Virus record (IMG/VR): IMGVR_UViG_3300028644_000051
Coordinates: 1 to 20,172 of that record
Source: a virus
Length of the DNA stretch: 20,172 nt
Reading direction: 5' to 3' (one strand)
Part shown: positions 1-7,624 of the stretch, piece after piece
How the letters are laid out: every line of letters starts with the position of its first letter
How positions within the stretch are numbered: the first letter of the stretch is position 1
Notes under the pieces: generated by a model
Told to the model about the DNA's origin: nothing
Database searches by the model: none
What the model saw: the letters and a program-made list of their open reading frames with translations, nothing else
Position numbers and translations under genes: made by a program

Positions 1-212
1 TCCGGCAGGAAGGCGCCGTCCTCGAACGGGGCCGGGGTCTCCTTCTTCGCGTCCGCGCTCATTGTGGCGTCGCGCATGAAGACGAAGTGGTCCGTCTTCT
101 CCTTCACGAACGGGATGATGTCGAACATTACGAGGCGCGGCTCCATGATCCGGTAGAGGACCGGGAGGGCGACGTCGGACTTCAGGTATCTGTCAGTAGT
201 TCCGCTTACCAT
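1..212 (-). CDS. Probable major capsid protein, N-terminal 70 aa (runs off the left edge)
   Basis: ATG at 212, 4 nt after the previous stop; manual translation MVSGTTDRYLKSDVALPVLYRIMEPRLVMFDIIPFVKEKTDHFVFMRDATMSADAKKETPAPFEDGAFLP; strong GC3 bias; position after protease and decoration genes. Confidence 0.6.
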   Translation of the reverse strand, partial: MVSGTTDRYLKSDVALPVLYRIMEPRLVMFDIIPFVKEKTDHFVFMRDATMSADAKKETPAPFEDGAFLP

Positions 213-215
213 GAT

Positions 216-842
216 TCATGCCCCCGTGACCCAGTAGATCGCACCCGTGACGGCGACGAGGATGTTCGAGAGGTCGCCGGCCTGGCCCGCGGCGACGTAG
301 TGGAGCGGGGTCACGCCCGTCCCGTTGGCCGCGGCCTGGGTGAGGCAGAGCTTGTGCTCGCGAAGCGTGGCGGTGATATTCCCGTTGAGGGTCGCGCCCA
401 CGCCGATGATCGTGGCGTTCGAGCCGTTCTGGTAGACCTCGGCCTTCACGATCTGGTTGAGATACGGGAACTCGACGATCGCCCGCCGGTAGTACTTCCC
501 CGCAAGGCGCTTGGCGAGCGAGTCGGCCGCGGCCGTGGTCGGCGGGGAGTTGACCGGGATGGTCGGGGTCGAGGTGATCCGGCCCCACGGAAGGCTCTCC
601 GTGTTCTGGGGCGCCTCGACAGCCGGGATGCCGTCGAGCGCGGCGAAGGTGAAGTCGTTATCGTTCGCGATCGTGACGATGTCGCCCTCGTGGAGCTCCT
701 CGGCCCAGGTGATCGTCGGGCTCTTCAGGCCGTCGGTGCCGTAGGCGGTTCCGACGGTCGGCGCCCCTTCCATCAGGGCGCACGTCTGTTTTACGCCGGT
801 CGAGGGATACGACCCGGCGATGTTGGATCGGTTGTCGGTCAT
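216..842 (-). CDS. Virion structural protein, probable head decoration/cement protein (208 aa)
   Basis: Clean ORF rich in G/T/A/V (beta-type composition) between protease-scaffold and probable MCP; function assigned from position only. Confidence 0.5.
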   Translation of the reverse strand: MTDNRSNIAGSYPSTGVKQTCALMEGAPTVGTAYGTDGLKSPTITWAEELHEGDIVTIANDNDFTFAALDGIPAVEAPQNTESLPWGRITSTPTIPVNSPPTTAAADSLAKRLAGKYYRRAIVEFPYLNQIVKAEVYQNGSNATIIGVGATLNGNITATLREHKLCLTQAAANGTGVTPLHYVAAGQAGDLSNILVAVTGAIYWVTGA

Positions 843-848
843 GGTGCT

Positions 849-1865
849 CTATCCCCTCCGCGGGGCCCGGATCCCGCCGGTGCGGTCCAGGAAGTCGCTG
901 ACGGCGCCGGTCGACCCGGACCCGCCGGGGACGCCGACGGGCGCGGCGCGTGCGGCCTCCGCGATGGTCGCGGCGTAGCTCTTCTCGGCCTCGATGGTCT
1001 CCGAGACGGCGGCCGTATAGGCGGCCTCGTCGAGGGCGTGGTCGTCGGTCATCGGCAGGGCCGTCCCCGCAACGAGGGCGCGGACGCGGGCCTCCACGGC
1101 CTCGTCGAGCTTCGCGGCGGCGATGCTCTCGGCGAGGATCTCCCGCGCGCGGAAGCCGGCGATCGTGGTCATGTGCTCGGCGATCGTGGCCTCGGCGGCG
1201 GCGTGAGCCTCCTCCAGGGTCGTGATCCGGGCGTCGCGCTCGGCGATCGCCTCCTCAAAGTTCGTGATCTCTTCGTCTACCATGTGCATCTCCTCCTCTT
1301 CGACGAGGACCGACCCGCCCGCGGCGGGCCTCGCGACCCAGTCGACGGTCACGGGCGGGAGCCCGTACTTCGCCGGGTCGTAGATCTCCTCGACGATCTT
1401 CCCCGTCCTCCCCTCGGCCGTCCCGGCGACCTCCCGGCCGCGGACGCGGTGCGAGAGGCCGATGGTCTCGGCGAGCTCCAGGATACGGTTGCGATACGTG
1501 GAGATCAACCGGGCCCGGGCATAGAGGCCCGCTCCGTTGGGTTTTCCCGTCTTCGGATTGATCGGGCCGACGGGGTCGAAGTGCGCTTCTTCACTCAGAA
1601 CAGACGCGATCGCGTTCAAGTCGCCGCCGGGTTGTTCGCGTAATGCGTTCGGCCCGGGGTGGTTCCAGAGCATGTGCGTCCCCTTCCGGTAGATGGAGGC
1701 CGCGCGCGTCAGAACGCTCTCTGAATAATAGCGCTTGTTCTTCGACCAGCCGGCTTTAATCACGCAGACAGGGATGGTTCCGTCCGCCGCGATCTCGGCT
1801 TCGACGAGGGGCTGAAAGTCCTCCTGAATCAGGACTCCCGGGCCGTCACCACCTGGCGATTTCAT
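849..1865 (-). CDS. Prohead maturation protease fused to a C-terminal coiled-coil scaffold (338 aa)
   Basis: N-half has VIKAGWSKNKRYYS, LWNHP (His) and IGLSH (Ser), as in HK97/assemblin-type phage proteases; C-half is an acidic Ala/Glu helical region; located upstream of capsid genes. Confidence 0.75.
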   Translation of the reverse strand: MKSPGGDGPGVLIQEDFQPLVEAEIAADGTIPVCVIKAGWSKNKRYYSESVLTRAASIYRKGTHMLWNHPGPNALREQPGGDLNAIASVLSEEAHFDPVGPINPKTGKPNGAGLYARARLISTYRNRILELAETIGLSHRVRGREVAGTAEGRTGKIVEEIYDPAKYGLPPVTVDWVARPAAGGSVLVEEEEMHMVDEEITNFEEAIAERDARITTLEEAHAAAEATIAEHMTTIAGFRAREILAESIAAAKLDEAVEARVRALVAGTALPMTDDHALDEAAYTAAVSETIEAEKSYAATIAEAARAAPVGVPGGSGSTGAVSDFLDRTGGIRAPRRG

Positions 1866-1889
1866 CCGAGGAAGTCTCTCTGGTTACCC

Positions 1890-1905
1890 GACTTAAAACT
1901 ATTGG
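1890..1905 (-). promoter_or_regulatory. Putative archaeal promoter (TATA box) for the protease-capsid operon
   Basis: Minus strand AATAGTTTTAAGT in an AT-rich gap about 27-33 nt upstream of ATG 1865. Confidence 0.5.
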
Positions 1906-1941
1906 AAAATCTAAGGGGGGTGGCGGGCCCGGAAGGGCCCC

Positions 1942-4308
1942 TCAGACGGTGTACGTCACCCGGATGCCGACGAAGTCGATCGCCGGGGCGCAGGTGCCCG
2001 CGGGGCTCGTCGTGGTCGCCGCGATCGCGACCCCGAAGTCGCCGTGGTTGATCATCGCAGGCGTCCAGGTCTCGCCCCAGAGGTCGCCCGCCGAGCCGTA
2101 GCGCGATATTTCGGGCGCGTCGATGGTCCCGGTCCACTTGTAGGCCTCACCGATCCACGCCCTGTTCTGTGCCGAGAGCCCGCCGCCCGGTTTGATCAGC
2201 TTGACCACCGCGTCGATGACGTAGTTCGTTGCATTGCCGTTGACCACGTAGCGCCAGACGTCGACGGCGATGGCCGTGATCGTCGCGTTCGGCGGTATGT
2301 TGAACCCGTATCCCTGCGCGACCAGGAGATGAGTAAGCCCCGCGCCCGGTTCCGTGGACGTTGCCCCGCCGTCATGCCGGATGATCTTGAGCGGGGCGAG
2401 CCAACCCTTCGTGCCGCCGTTGGACGGATCGGACCAGGCCACGTACGGCGCGGTCGGTTGCGACGCGAACGTCACGGACTGCGGGTAGTTGAACGCGTCC
2501 CGGACGCTCGTCGTCACGGTCTCCGTGGCCGCGACACCCTCGCGCCCGATGTACTCAAGCCGGGTGCCGTAGACCCGGTCCTCGACGACATAGTAATTCT
2601 CGCTGCAGTCGGTACACATTGGGCCGGCAGCGTCGCCGGATGCCCACGACCCGCCCATGACGATCGGGCCGTCACCGGAGTCCGGCGGGGTCCAGAGGTC
2701 GCAGCAGTACCCGGCCGCGCCGTTCGCCGCGCTCGGCAGGAAGAGGTATCGGGTCAGCGGCTCGAAGAGCAGGTCGGAGATGTAGCCCTGCTCCGCCGGG
2801 GTCGTGCCGACCGTGCGCTCCCACGCCCGGTAGAGCCAGATCCCCATCGCGGACAAGCCGTCGCGCGGCGCGATCTCGACGTAGTCGAACGGGCCGTTGA
2901 CGATCAGCCCGTCGGTCATGACGCCGACGTTGCCATAGAGATTCTCGATCCCGCGCCAGACGACCGGGGTCTGGCCGTCGGCCCCGGTGCCCTTCCCGGT
3001 GCCGTTCGTGCCGACGACCGTGTCGGCGGCGTCGGCGCCGGTCAGCTTGCCGGCAAAGCCCGTGCCGGCGGCGAGGTCGACGATCCCGCGCCCGAGCACG
3101 CTCTGCGTGTTCCATGTCTGGAACTCGATCAGCTGCAGCAGCAGGATCGCGCCGCGCGTCCAGACGTTCATCAGGCCCCAGCCCTGGCCGATGTTCTCGG
3201 CATACTCGCGCGCAGCATTGATATTGAACTTCACGAACACGACCGCGGAGCCGCCGATGGTCATGCAGTTCGCGCCCGAGGCCGAGCCGTTCAGGTTCTC
3301 GCTCCCGAACGTGCCCGAGACCTGGCGGAGGATGAGCGTGCCGGCCGCGTCTCCGGCGGCCCATGTGCCGGAGGTGAGGTTATAGTCGACGAGGACCGCG
3401 GTCACGGCCGAGGTCGCGCCCGTCAGGGTCTCGCCGACGGTTGGCGCGCTCGGCCCTCCGGACGTGAAGGCGAGCGCCCGGATCGACCCATTGCCCGTGG
3501 CCGGTTGGGCGCCGGAGAATGAATGGAGGGCCAGGACGGTCGAGGCGTGGGCCGGGTAGTCGCGATAGGCGAGCGCGGCCTCGTAGGCCCCCACATAGAT
3601 GAAGTCCCGCTCGACCCCGCCGCGCTGGCGGAAGGCCGGGTGGACCTCGAAGCCCGACTGGGGGACGGACGAGACCCACCAGCTATAGACCCCGGTCGCC
3701 GTGCGTTCGGCCTTAACCCAGAACTTCGGGATCTCCACCATGACGCGCCCCGCGCTCCCGTCGAGCGTGAGCCCGTCCCCGCGGGCGTTCGTCCCGCGCG
3801 TGACGGCCCCGGTCGCCGAGACCGTGACCCGCCGGATGTTGCCCCAGAGCATGTGGTTATCAAAACTATCGAACGGGAGCGATGGGATCGCGTTCCCCTT
3901 GTCGTCGATCAGGACGAGTTCGGTGTGGTTCGTGCCGCCGGCCCCCCGGTCCCACCGGACGCCGATCACCTGTTTCTCCATCAGATACCGGATGTTCTCG
4001 GCGAAGGCGATGTCGTCGAGGGCGCAATCGCCCCGGTAGACGGCGACCCCCGCGTCGTGCGCGACCGGGGCCCCGAGGGCCCCGTTGAGCGAGACGCCCC
4101 GCGTCAGGGTGTAGAGCGAGGTCGCGTCCATCGACTCATATCGAACAATCTCGTATTTGCCGGCGTCGTTGATGATGCAGACGTTCGGCGCGGGCGGAAG
4201 CCAGGCGGTCGTCGTCAGGTGCATCTCGGCCACTTCGCCGATGGCGAGGGGCTGGGTCAGATAGGCGTCGGGCGAAAATTCGGCCGGCGGGAGCATTTCA
4301 CGAACCAT
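1942..4308 (-). CDS. Multidomain fibre/adhesin protein with a C-type-lectin (Mtd/FGE-like) core (788 aa)
   Basis: N-terminal virion-attachment-type domain (LPPAP...EIVRY...LTRG...AH.AG..V); DGS.G.VMVEIPKFW, HPAF...YVGAYEA, WRGIENLYGNV and GGSW..G..AG...G.RLEY motifs; extra C-terminal beta domain (YGFNIP..ATI, DLWG.TWTP..IN..DFGV). Confidence 0.72.
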   Translation of the reverse strand: MVREMLPPAEFSPDAYLTQPLAIGEVAEMHLTTTAWLPPAPNVCIINDAGKYEIVRYESMDATSLYTLTRGVSLNGALGAPVAHDAGVAVYRGDCALDDIAFAENIRYLMEKQVIGVRWDRGAGGTNHTELVLIDDKGNAIPSLPFDSFDNHMLWGNIRRVTVSATGAVTRGTNARGDGLTLDGSAGRVMVEIPKFWVKAERTATGVYSWWVSSVPQSGFEVHPAFRQRGGVERDFIYVGAYEAALAYRDYPAHASTVLALHSFSGAQPATGNGSIRALAFTSGGPSAPTVGETLTGATSAVTAVLVDYNLTSGTWAAGDAAGTLILRQVSGTFGSENLNGSASGANCMTIGGSAVVFVKFNINAAREYAENIGQGWGLMNVWTRGAILLLQLIEFQTWNTQSVLGRGIVDLAAGTGFAGKLTGADAADTVVGTNGTGKGTGADGQTPVVWRGIENLYGNVGVMTDGLIVNGPFDYVEIAPRDGLSAMGIWLYRAWERTVGTTPAEQGYISDLLFEPLTRYLFLPSAANGAAGYCCDLWTPPDSGDGPIVMGGSWASGDAAGPMCTDCSENYYVVEDRVYGTRLEYIGREGVAATETVTTSVRDAFNYPQSVTFASQPTAPYVAWSDPSNGGTKGWLAPLKIIRHDGGATSTEPGAGLTHLLVAQGYGFNIPPNATITAIAVDVWRYVVNGNATNYVIDAVVKLIKPGGGLSAQNRAWIGEAYKWTGTIDAPEISRYGSAGDLWGETWTPAMINHGDFGVAIAATTTSPAGTCAPAIDFVGIRVTYTV

Positions 4309-4468
4309 TCACATAAACCTCTTGGAGAAGCCCCGCCGGGACGTGCACCGTATGGCGAGGGGCTGGGTCAGATAGGCGTCGGGCGAAAATTCGGCCGGCG
4401 GGAGCATTTCACGAACCATTCACATAAACCTCTTGGAGGAGCGCCGCCGGGACGTGCACCGTATGGCG
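4241..4468. repeat. 111-bp tandem duplication (4241-4351 and 4352-4462, 2 mismatches) with ATGGCG junction microhomology
   Basis: Read directly; the units differ only at gagaagcccc versus gaggagcgcc. Confidence 0.95.
4309..4419 (-). pseudogene. Abortive 36-aa copy of the fibre gene start, created by the duplication
   Basis: MVREMLPPAEFSPDAYLTQPLAIRCTSRRGFSKRFM then stop, directly followed by the true ATG at 4308. Confidence 0.55.
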
Positions 4469-4801
4469 GAGGGTCTTGGACTCGGCCGTGGTCTCGATCA
4501 CGACCCCGGCATAGGAGACGCGCGATCGCCCGTCGTCCCCGTCGGCCGTTGGGAAGAGGCGCGTGGCCCCGAGCCGGACGGGGAGGAGGCCGGCGAGCTC
4601 GGGGTCGGTCCCCCGGAGCCGGGCCTCGTACTCGACCTCCGCGGTCGCGTCGTTCACCGTGACCGTGACCCGGGGGTCCGCCTGGGTGTCGAGCCGGGCG
4701 ACCTCGTTCATATCGACGTCGTAGACGGCGAGATAGCGCCAGCGTTCGGCGACCCGGGCCCGAAGCCATCGGTACCCGGCTGGGTCGAGCTCGTGCGTCA
4801 T
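4409..4801 (-). CDS. Hypothetical protein (130 aa), probably fibre-associated
   Basis: Clean ORF overlapping the start of the first fibre-gene copy; pattern GY..LR......W.Y...D...LRHTVHVP resembles small proteins I associate with fibre genes. Confidence 0.75.
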   Translation of the reverse strand: MTHELDPAGYRWLRARVAERWRYLAVYDVDMNEVARLDTQADPRVTVTVNDATAEVEYEARLRGTDPELAGLLPVRLGATRLFPTADGDDGRSRVSYAGVVIETTAESKTLRHTVHVPAALLQEVYVNGS

Positions 4802-4804
4802 GGG

Positions 4805-4939
4805 TCAGTCCGAGAGCCCAACGAAGGGGAGGTCCGGGTCGGGCTCGTCGGGAGGCATGTCCGCGCGCCGGGTGATCGTCGGTTGGCCCCGGGCCAGGTG
4901 CTTCTCCCACGGCCACCCGGGCCAGTCGTCGGCGGCCAT
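4805..4939 (-). CDS. Small hypothetical protein (44 aa, MAADDWPGWPWEKH...)
   Basis: ATG at 4939 overlaps the previous stop (TGATG); ends 4 nt before the next ATG. Confidence 0.5.
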   Translation of the reverse strand: MAADDWPGWPWEKHLARGQPTITRRADMPPDEPDPDLPFVGLSD

Positions 4940-5310
4940 CAGAGCCACCCCTTCGTCTTCGCGTACCCGGCGATGATGAGTGCGAGGCCGGCGCCGACCT
5001 TCAGGGCGTGCTCCTTCAGGAAGCCGCCGAGGCGCTCCAGGGCCGAGTCCGCGGTCCACCCGATCGTCCACCCCCAGTTATAATAATGGTATTCGCCGAC
5101 GATCGCGTCCCGCACGGCCTGGGGATACCATACCGGGATTAAGTTCACGTCGAACTTGAGCGCGGGGTCGTCCGCCATCCACCCGGCCGTAAAGCCGTAG
5201 GTCATGGCGTGCCACTCGTTTCCCTCGGGATCGTTGCAGAACTCCGCCGCGAGCCCCATCCCATTCTTGAGCGCGGCCTCCACGACCGCGATCGCCGACT
5301 CGTTTGCCAT
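4939..5310 (-). CDS. Hypothetical membrane-anchored protein (123 aa) with an internal ExH repeat
   Basis: GGAGG-type SD upstream; C-terminal hydrophobic helix ALKVGAGLALIIAGYA followed by basic residues. Confidence 0.8.
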   Translation of the reverse strand: MANESAIAVVEAALKNGMGLAAEFCNDPEGNEWHAMTYGFTAGWMADDPALKFDVNLIPVWYPQAVRDAIVGEYHYYNWGWTIGWTADSALERLGGFLKEHALKVGAGLALIIAGYAKTKGWL

Positions 5311-5318
5311 CTCTCTCT

Positions 5319-5359
5319 TCCCTCCTTACGCTAAAATTTCAACCCTCCCTATTTAATAA
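5319..5359 (-). promoter_or_regulatory. Putative promoter and SD site for the fibre cassette
   Basis: Minus strand TTATTAAATA (5350-5359) followed by an AGG-rich SD before ATG 5310. Confidence 0.5.
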
Positions 5360-6251
5360 TGGCGTAAAATTCGACGGGTGCCGGGTTCGGGGACCGGGCG
5401 AGCATCGCCCGGGCCCGTTTCGTTGCCACCCGGTAAATCGTAGTACACCGGCACGCGATGTGGAAAGGAGAGCGCTGGTGCTCGACGTTGTCCTTCTGAA
5501 GGTGGGTTGTGAAGGGTTGGTCGAGGGGGATCCACTTCTGTGCCTCCTTTGCCAGACATTCAGCGTCGACCCGGTCGTCTCCCACGGTGATCGACGACTT
5601 CTCAATGGGGATCCCCTTCTTCGCGATGGTGTCCGCGACCTCCCGGCTCGCGGCCTCGTAGGCGGTGGCGGTCTCGTACGTGGCGATGAGCTCGGCCCGG
5701 TTGCGGAGGTGATGCTGGGGGACCGGGGTGCCGAACGCGGCATACCGGGCGACCATGCGGGCCGCGATCTCCGTGTAGGAGGCGCCCTCATAGAGCCCCT
5801 GGTAAACGATCCCCTTCATGATCTTCAGGGTCGTGGCGTCGATCTTCTTGATCTCGTTGAGACAGTAGGTCTTGAGGTATCTCTGGGCCGCCGGGTTGCG
5901 AAGGGAGAAGGACATGGCGTACCCAAAATCGAGGAGCCGGTGCTTGATGGCGCCCTCCATGGCCGCCATCAGGATCTCGCGCATGGCGTCGGCCGTATCG
6001 ACCGCGAACTCGTCGAAGATCGTGATCATGAGCCCCGCGACGGCGTCCCCGAGCCCCTCGCGACAGACGGACTCGTTCAAATGGGCGCCCCGTTCGCGGA
6101 GTTTTCGCTCCAGGACGATCCGCTGATTGTCGAAATGCACACCGGCCACCCGGGCCATGCGCGACCGGAGCGGGGCGAGGAAGAGCTCGCGCCGGGCCAC
6201 CTCGACCCGGACGAGGGCTTCGGCCGCGGCCTCCGCGAGGGCGAGGGTCAC
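5349..6251 (-). CDS. Phage head morphogenesis protein, MuF/SPP1 gp7 family (300 aa)
   Basis: RAELIATYETATAY, TVGDDRV, WIPLDQPF and FHIACRC motifs; GTG at 6251 overlaps the upstream stop (GTGA), so I place the start there rather than at 6341. Confidence 0.85.
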   Translation of the reverse strand: MTLALAEAAAEALVRVEVARRELFLAPLRSRMARVAGVHFDNQRIVLERKLRERGAHLNESVCREGLGDAVAGLMITIFDEFAVDTADAMREILMAAMEGAIKHRLLDFGYAMSFSLRNPAAQRYLKTYCLNEIKKIDATTLKIMKGIVYQGLYEGASYTEIAARMVARYAAFGTPVPQHHLRNRAELIATYETATAYEAASREVADTIAKKGIPIEKSSITVGDDRVDAECLAKEAQKWIPLDQPFTTHLQKDNVEHQRSPFHIACRCTTIYRVATKRARAMLARSPNPAPVEFYAIIK

Positions 6252-6463
6252 ACCTTCCGCCCCCAGAGGTCCACGATGGTCACCGCGGGCGCGTCGGCCG
6301 TGGCGACGGCCCCGGGGCGCGGCCGGAACTCCCCGCACCATTGATCGCGCGAGACACAGGGGTAGCCCCTCCCGGGCCAGGGCGGGTGCCGGCGGCAGTC
6401 GCCGGTCCCGAGCTTCGCGTCCTCAATGGCGGCGAAGCGGCAGTCCTCGCACCGGGGCGGCAC
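6248..6463 (-). CDS. Small Cys-rich protein (CxxC...GxCR...WCGEF), 71 aa
   Basis: Four conserved-looking Cys; coupled to MuF by a GTGA overlap. Confidence 0.7.
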   Translation of the reverse strand: MPPRCEDCRFAAIEDAKLGTGDCRRHPPWPGRGYPCVSRDQWCGEFRPRPGAVATADAPAVTIVDLWGRKV

Positions 6464-6465
6464 GG

Positions 6466-6576
6466 TCAGCCCCCGCCGGCCTTCGTCTTAGCGCGGCGTG
6501 TGTGTGAGAGCGCCAGGAGTCGCTTCCACTCCGCGGTCTCTTTTTCGGTCACGGGTGCGTGACCGGCGGGCTCCAT
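6466..6576 (-). CDS. Possible 36-aa basic microprotein (MEPAGHAPVTEKETAEWKRLLALSHTRRAKTKAGGG)
   Basis: Fills the gap between ART and the next gene; stop lies 2 nt before the next start. Confidence 0.4.
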   Translation of the reverse strand: MEPAGHAPVTEKETAEWKRLLALSHTRRAKTKAGGG

Positions 6577-6589
6577 CTCTGCTGTAAAT

Positions 6590-7624
6590 TTACCCTTCAT
6601 TCTTCGGCTCCTCCGCGATCACGTCGATCATGAGATACGGGCGGCTCATCATTCCGTCCAGGTTGACGATCGACTTTCTGATGATCTTCCACTTCTTCTT
6701 CCGGGGATAGAGGATCTCGTACTCGTCCGTGTTCATGTACCGGGCGGGCTCGTCGTTCCTGGTGAACGCCCGGAGGAGTACGCCCTTGTACAGGTGGTTC
6801 GCGTCGCCGACGGTCGAAGAAAAATCGCGCGAGATCCGGGCCGATAGCGACCACGACTGATAGCCGGCGTCCGTGTAGAAGTCCCCGACCTTCGCGGCCA
6901 GGAGGCGGGCCCCGGTCGTGTCGCCGACCCCGCGGAAGATCTGATGGCCCTCCTCGACGCGCCCGATCTTAATGACATAGTCGAGGTGGGGCATAACCTC
7001 CATTTCCATGTCGAAGTCGGAGTCGAGGGCCCCCTTCGCCTTGTCGCGGCAGTAGTTGTTAATCTCGTTGTGAAACTCCGTCTGGTACCCCAGGAGGGTG
7101 TCGAGCTCGATGTCGCTGATCTCCCCGTTCTGTTGGGCGAGCTCGTGTGGGATCCACTTCGGCGACTCATACAGGTAATCGCCGATCGCGTCGTCTTCTT
7201 TATCGCCCCACCCGGCCACGTCGACATAGCCCTCGTCCCCGGGCTTGAGGACGATCGGGGTCGCGCTCGTCTCGGGGTCGGTCGCCGTCTCCCCGTCGCC
7301 TTTCGGGTGCCCTCCCGGCAGGTCTTCGATCCGCGTCCCCTTGGGGCAATCGCCGGATATGCAGACGCGCCGGCCTTTGATGGTGCGCCACTCCGTCCCG
7401 GGATACGCTTCGGCCTCGGCGATGGCCGCGAGGGGCTCGAACCGAATCCCGTGGTCGCCGTCGACGGGCGAGGTGTGCTTGTTCTCGCCGTCCCAGATGG
7501 CGAACGGGATCCCGTCGGGGAACGCGGCGCACTTGAACCGCGTGGTCTCGTCCAGGTGCCGGCAATGGGCGCACACCGGGGAGTAATACAGGTGCTCGTG
7601 TGCCGAGTCGTCAATCCCGATCAT
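6590..7624 (-). CDS. ADP-ribosyltransferase (R-S-E, VIP2/exotoxin-like) with an N-terminal Cys/His metal-binding domain (344 aa)
   Basis: Y....HNEINNYCR, IFRGV (Arg), GYQSWS (STS-like) and DEYEIL (ExE) motifs; N-terminal CAHCRH...CAAFPDGIP..I..G...H..P..GD.GI.FEP; ATG 7624 overlaps the portal stop (ATGA). Confidence 0.85.
   Translation of the reverse strand: MIGIDDSAHEHLYYSPVCAHCRHLDETTRFKCAAFPDGIPFAIWDGENKHTSPVDGDHGIRFEPLAAIAEAEAYPGTEWRTIKGRRVCISGDCPKGTRIEDLPGGHPKGDGETATDPETSATPIVLKPGDEGYVDVAGWGDKEDDAIGDYLYESPKWIPHELAQQNGEISDIELDTLLGYQTEFHNEINNYCRDKAKGALDSDFDMEMEVMPHLDYVIKIGRVEEGHQIFRGVGDTTGARLLAAKVGDFYTDAGYQSWSLSARISRDFSSTVGDANHLYKGVLLRAFTRNDEPARYMNTDEYEILYPRKKKWKIIRKSIVNLDGMMSRPYLMIDVIAEEPKNEG

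Noticed and set aside
4241-4468. Tandem repeat considered as a CRISPR array or att site
   Set aside because: Only two long coding units with no spacers; no tRNA or integrase nearby.
5349-6341. MuF carrying its own C-terminal toxin, and the longer 330-aa start
   Set aside because: The protein ends about 25 aa after CRC with no toxin domain; the upstream extension overlaps the 6248-6463 gene and is low-complexity.
6546-6565. 8-bp stem hairpin cggtcacg-ggtg-cgtgaccg next to a T-run
   Set aside because: The T-run is on the non-transcribed orientation and on the wrong side for a terminator; it lies inside a possible small ORF.
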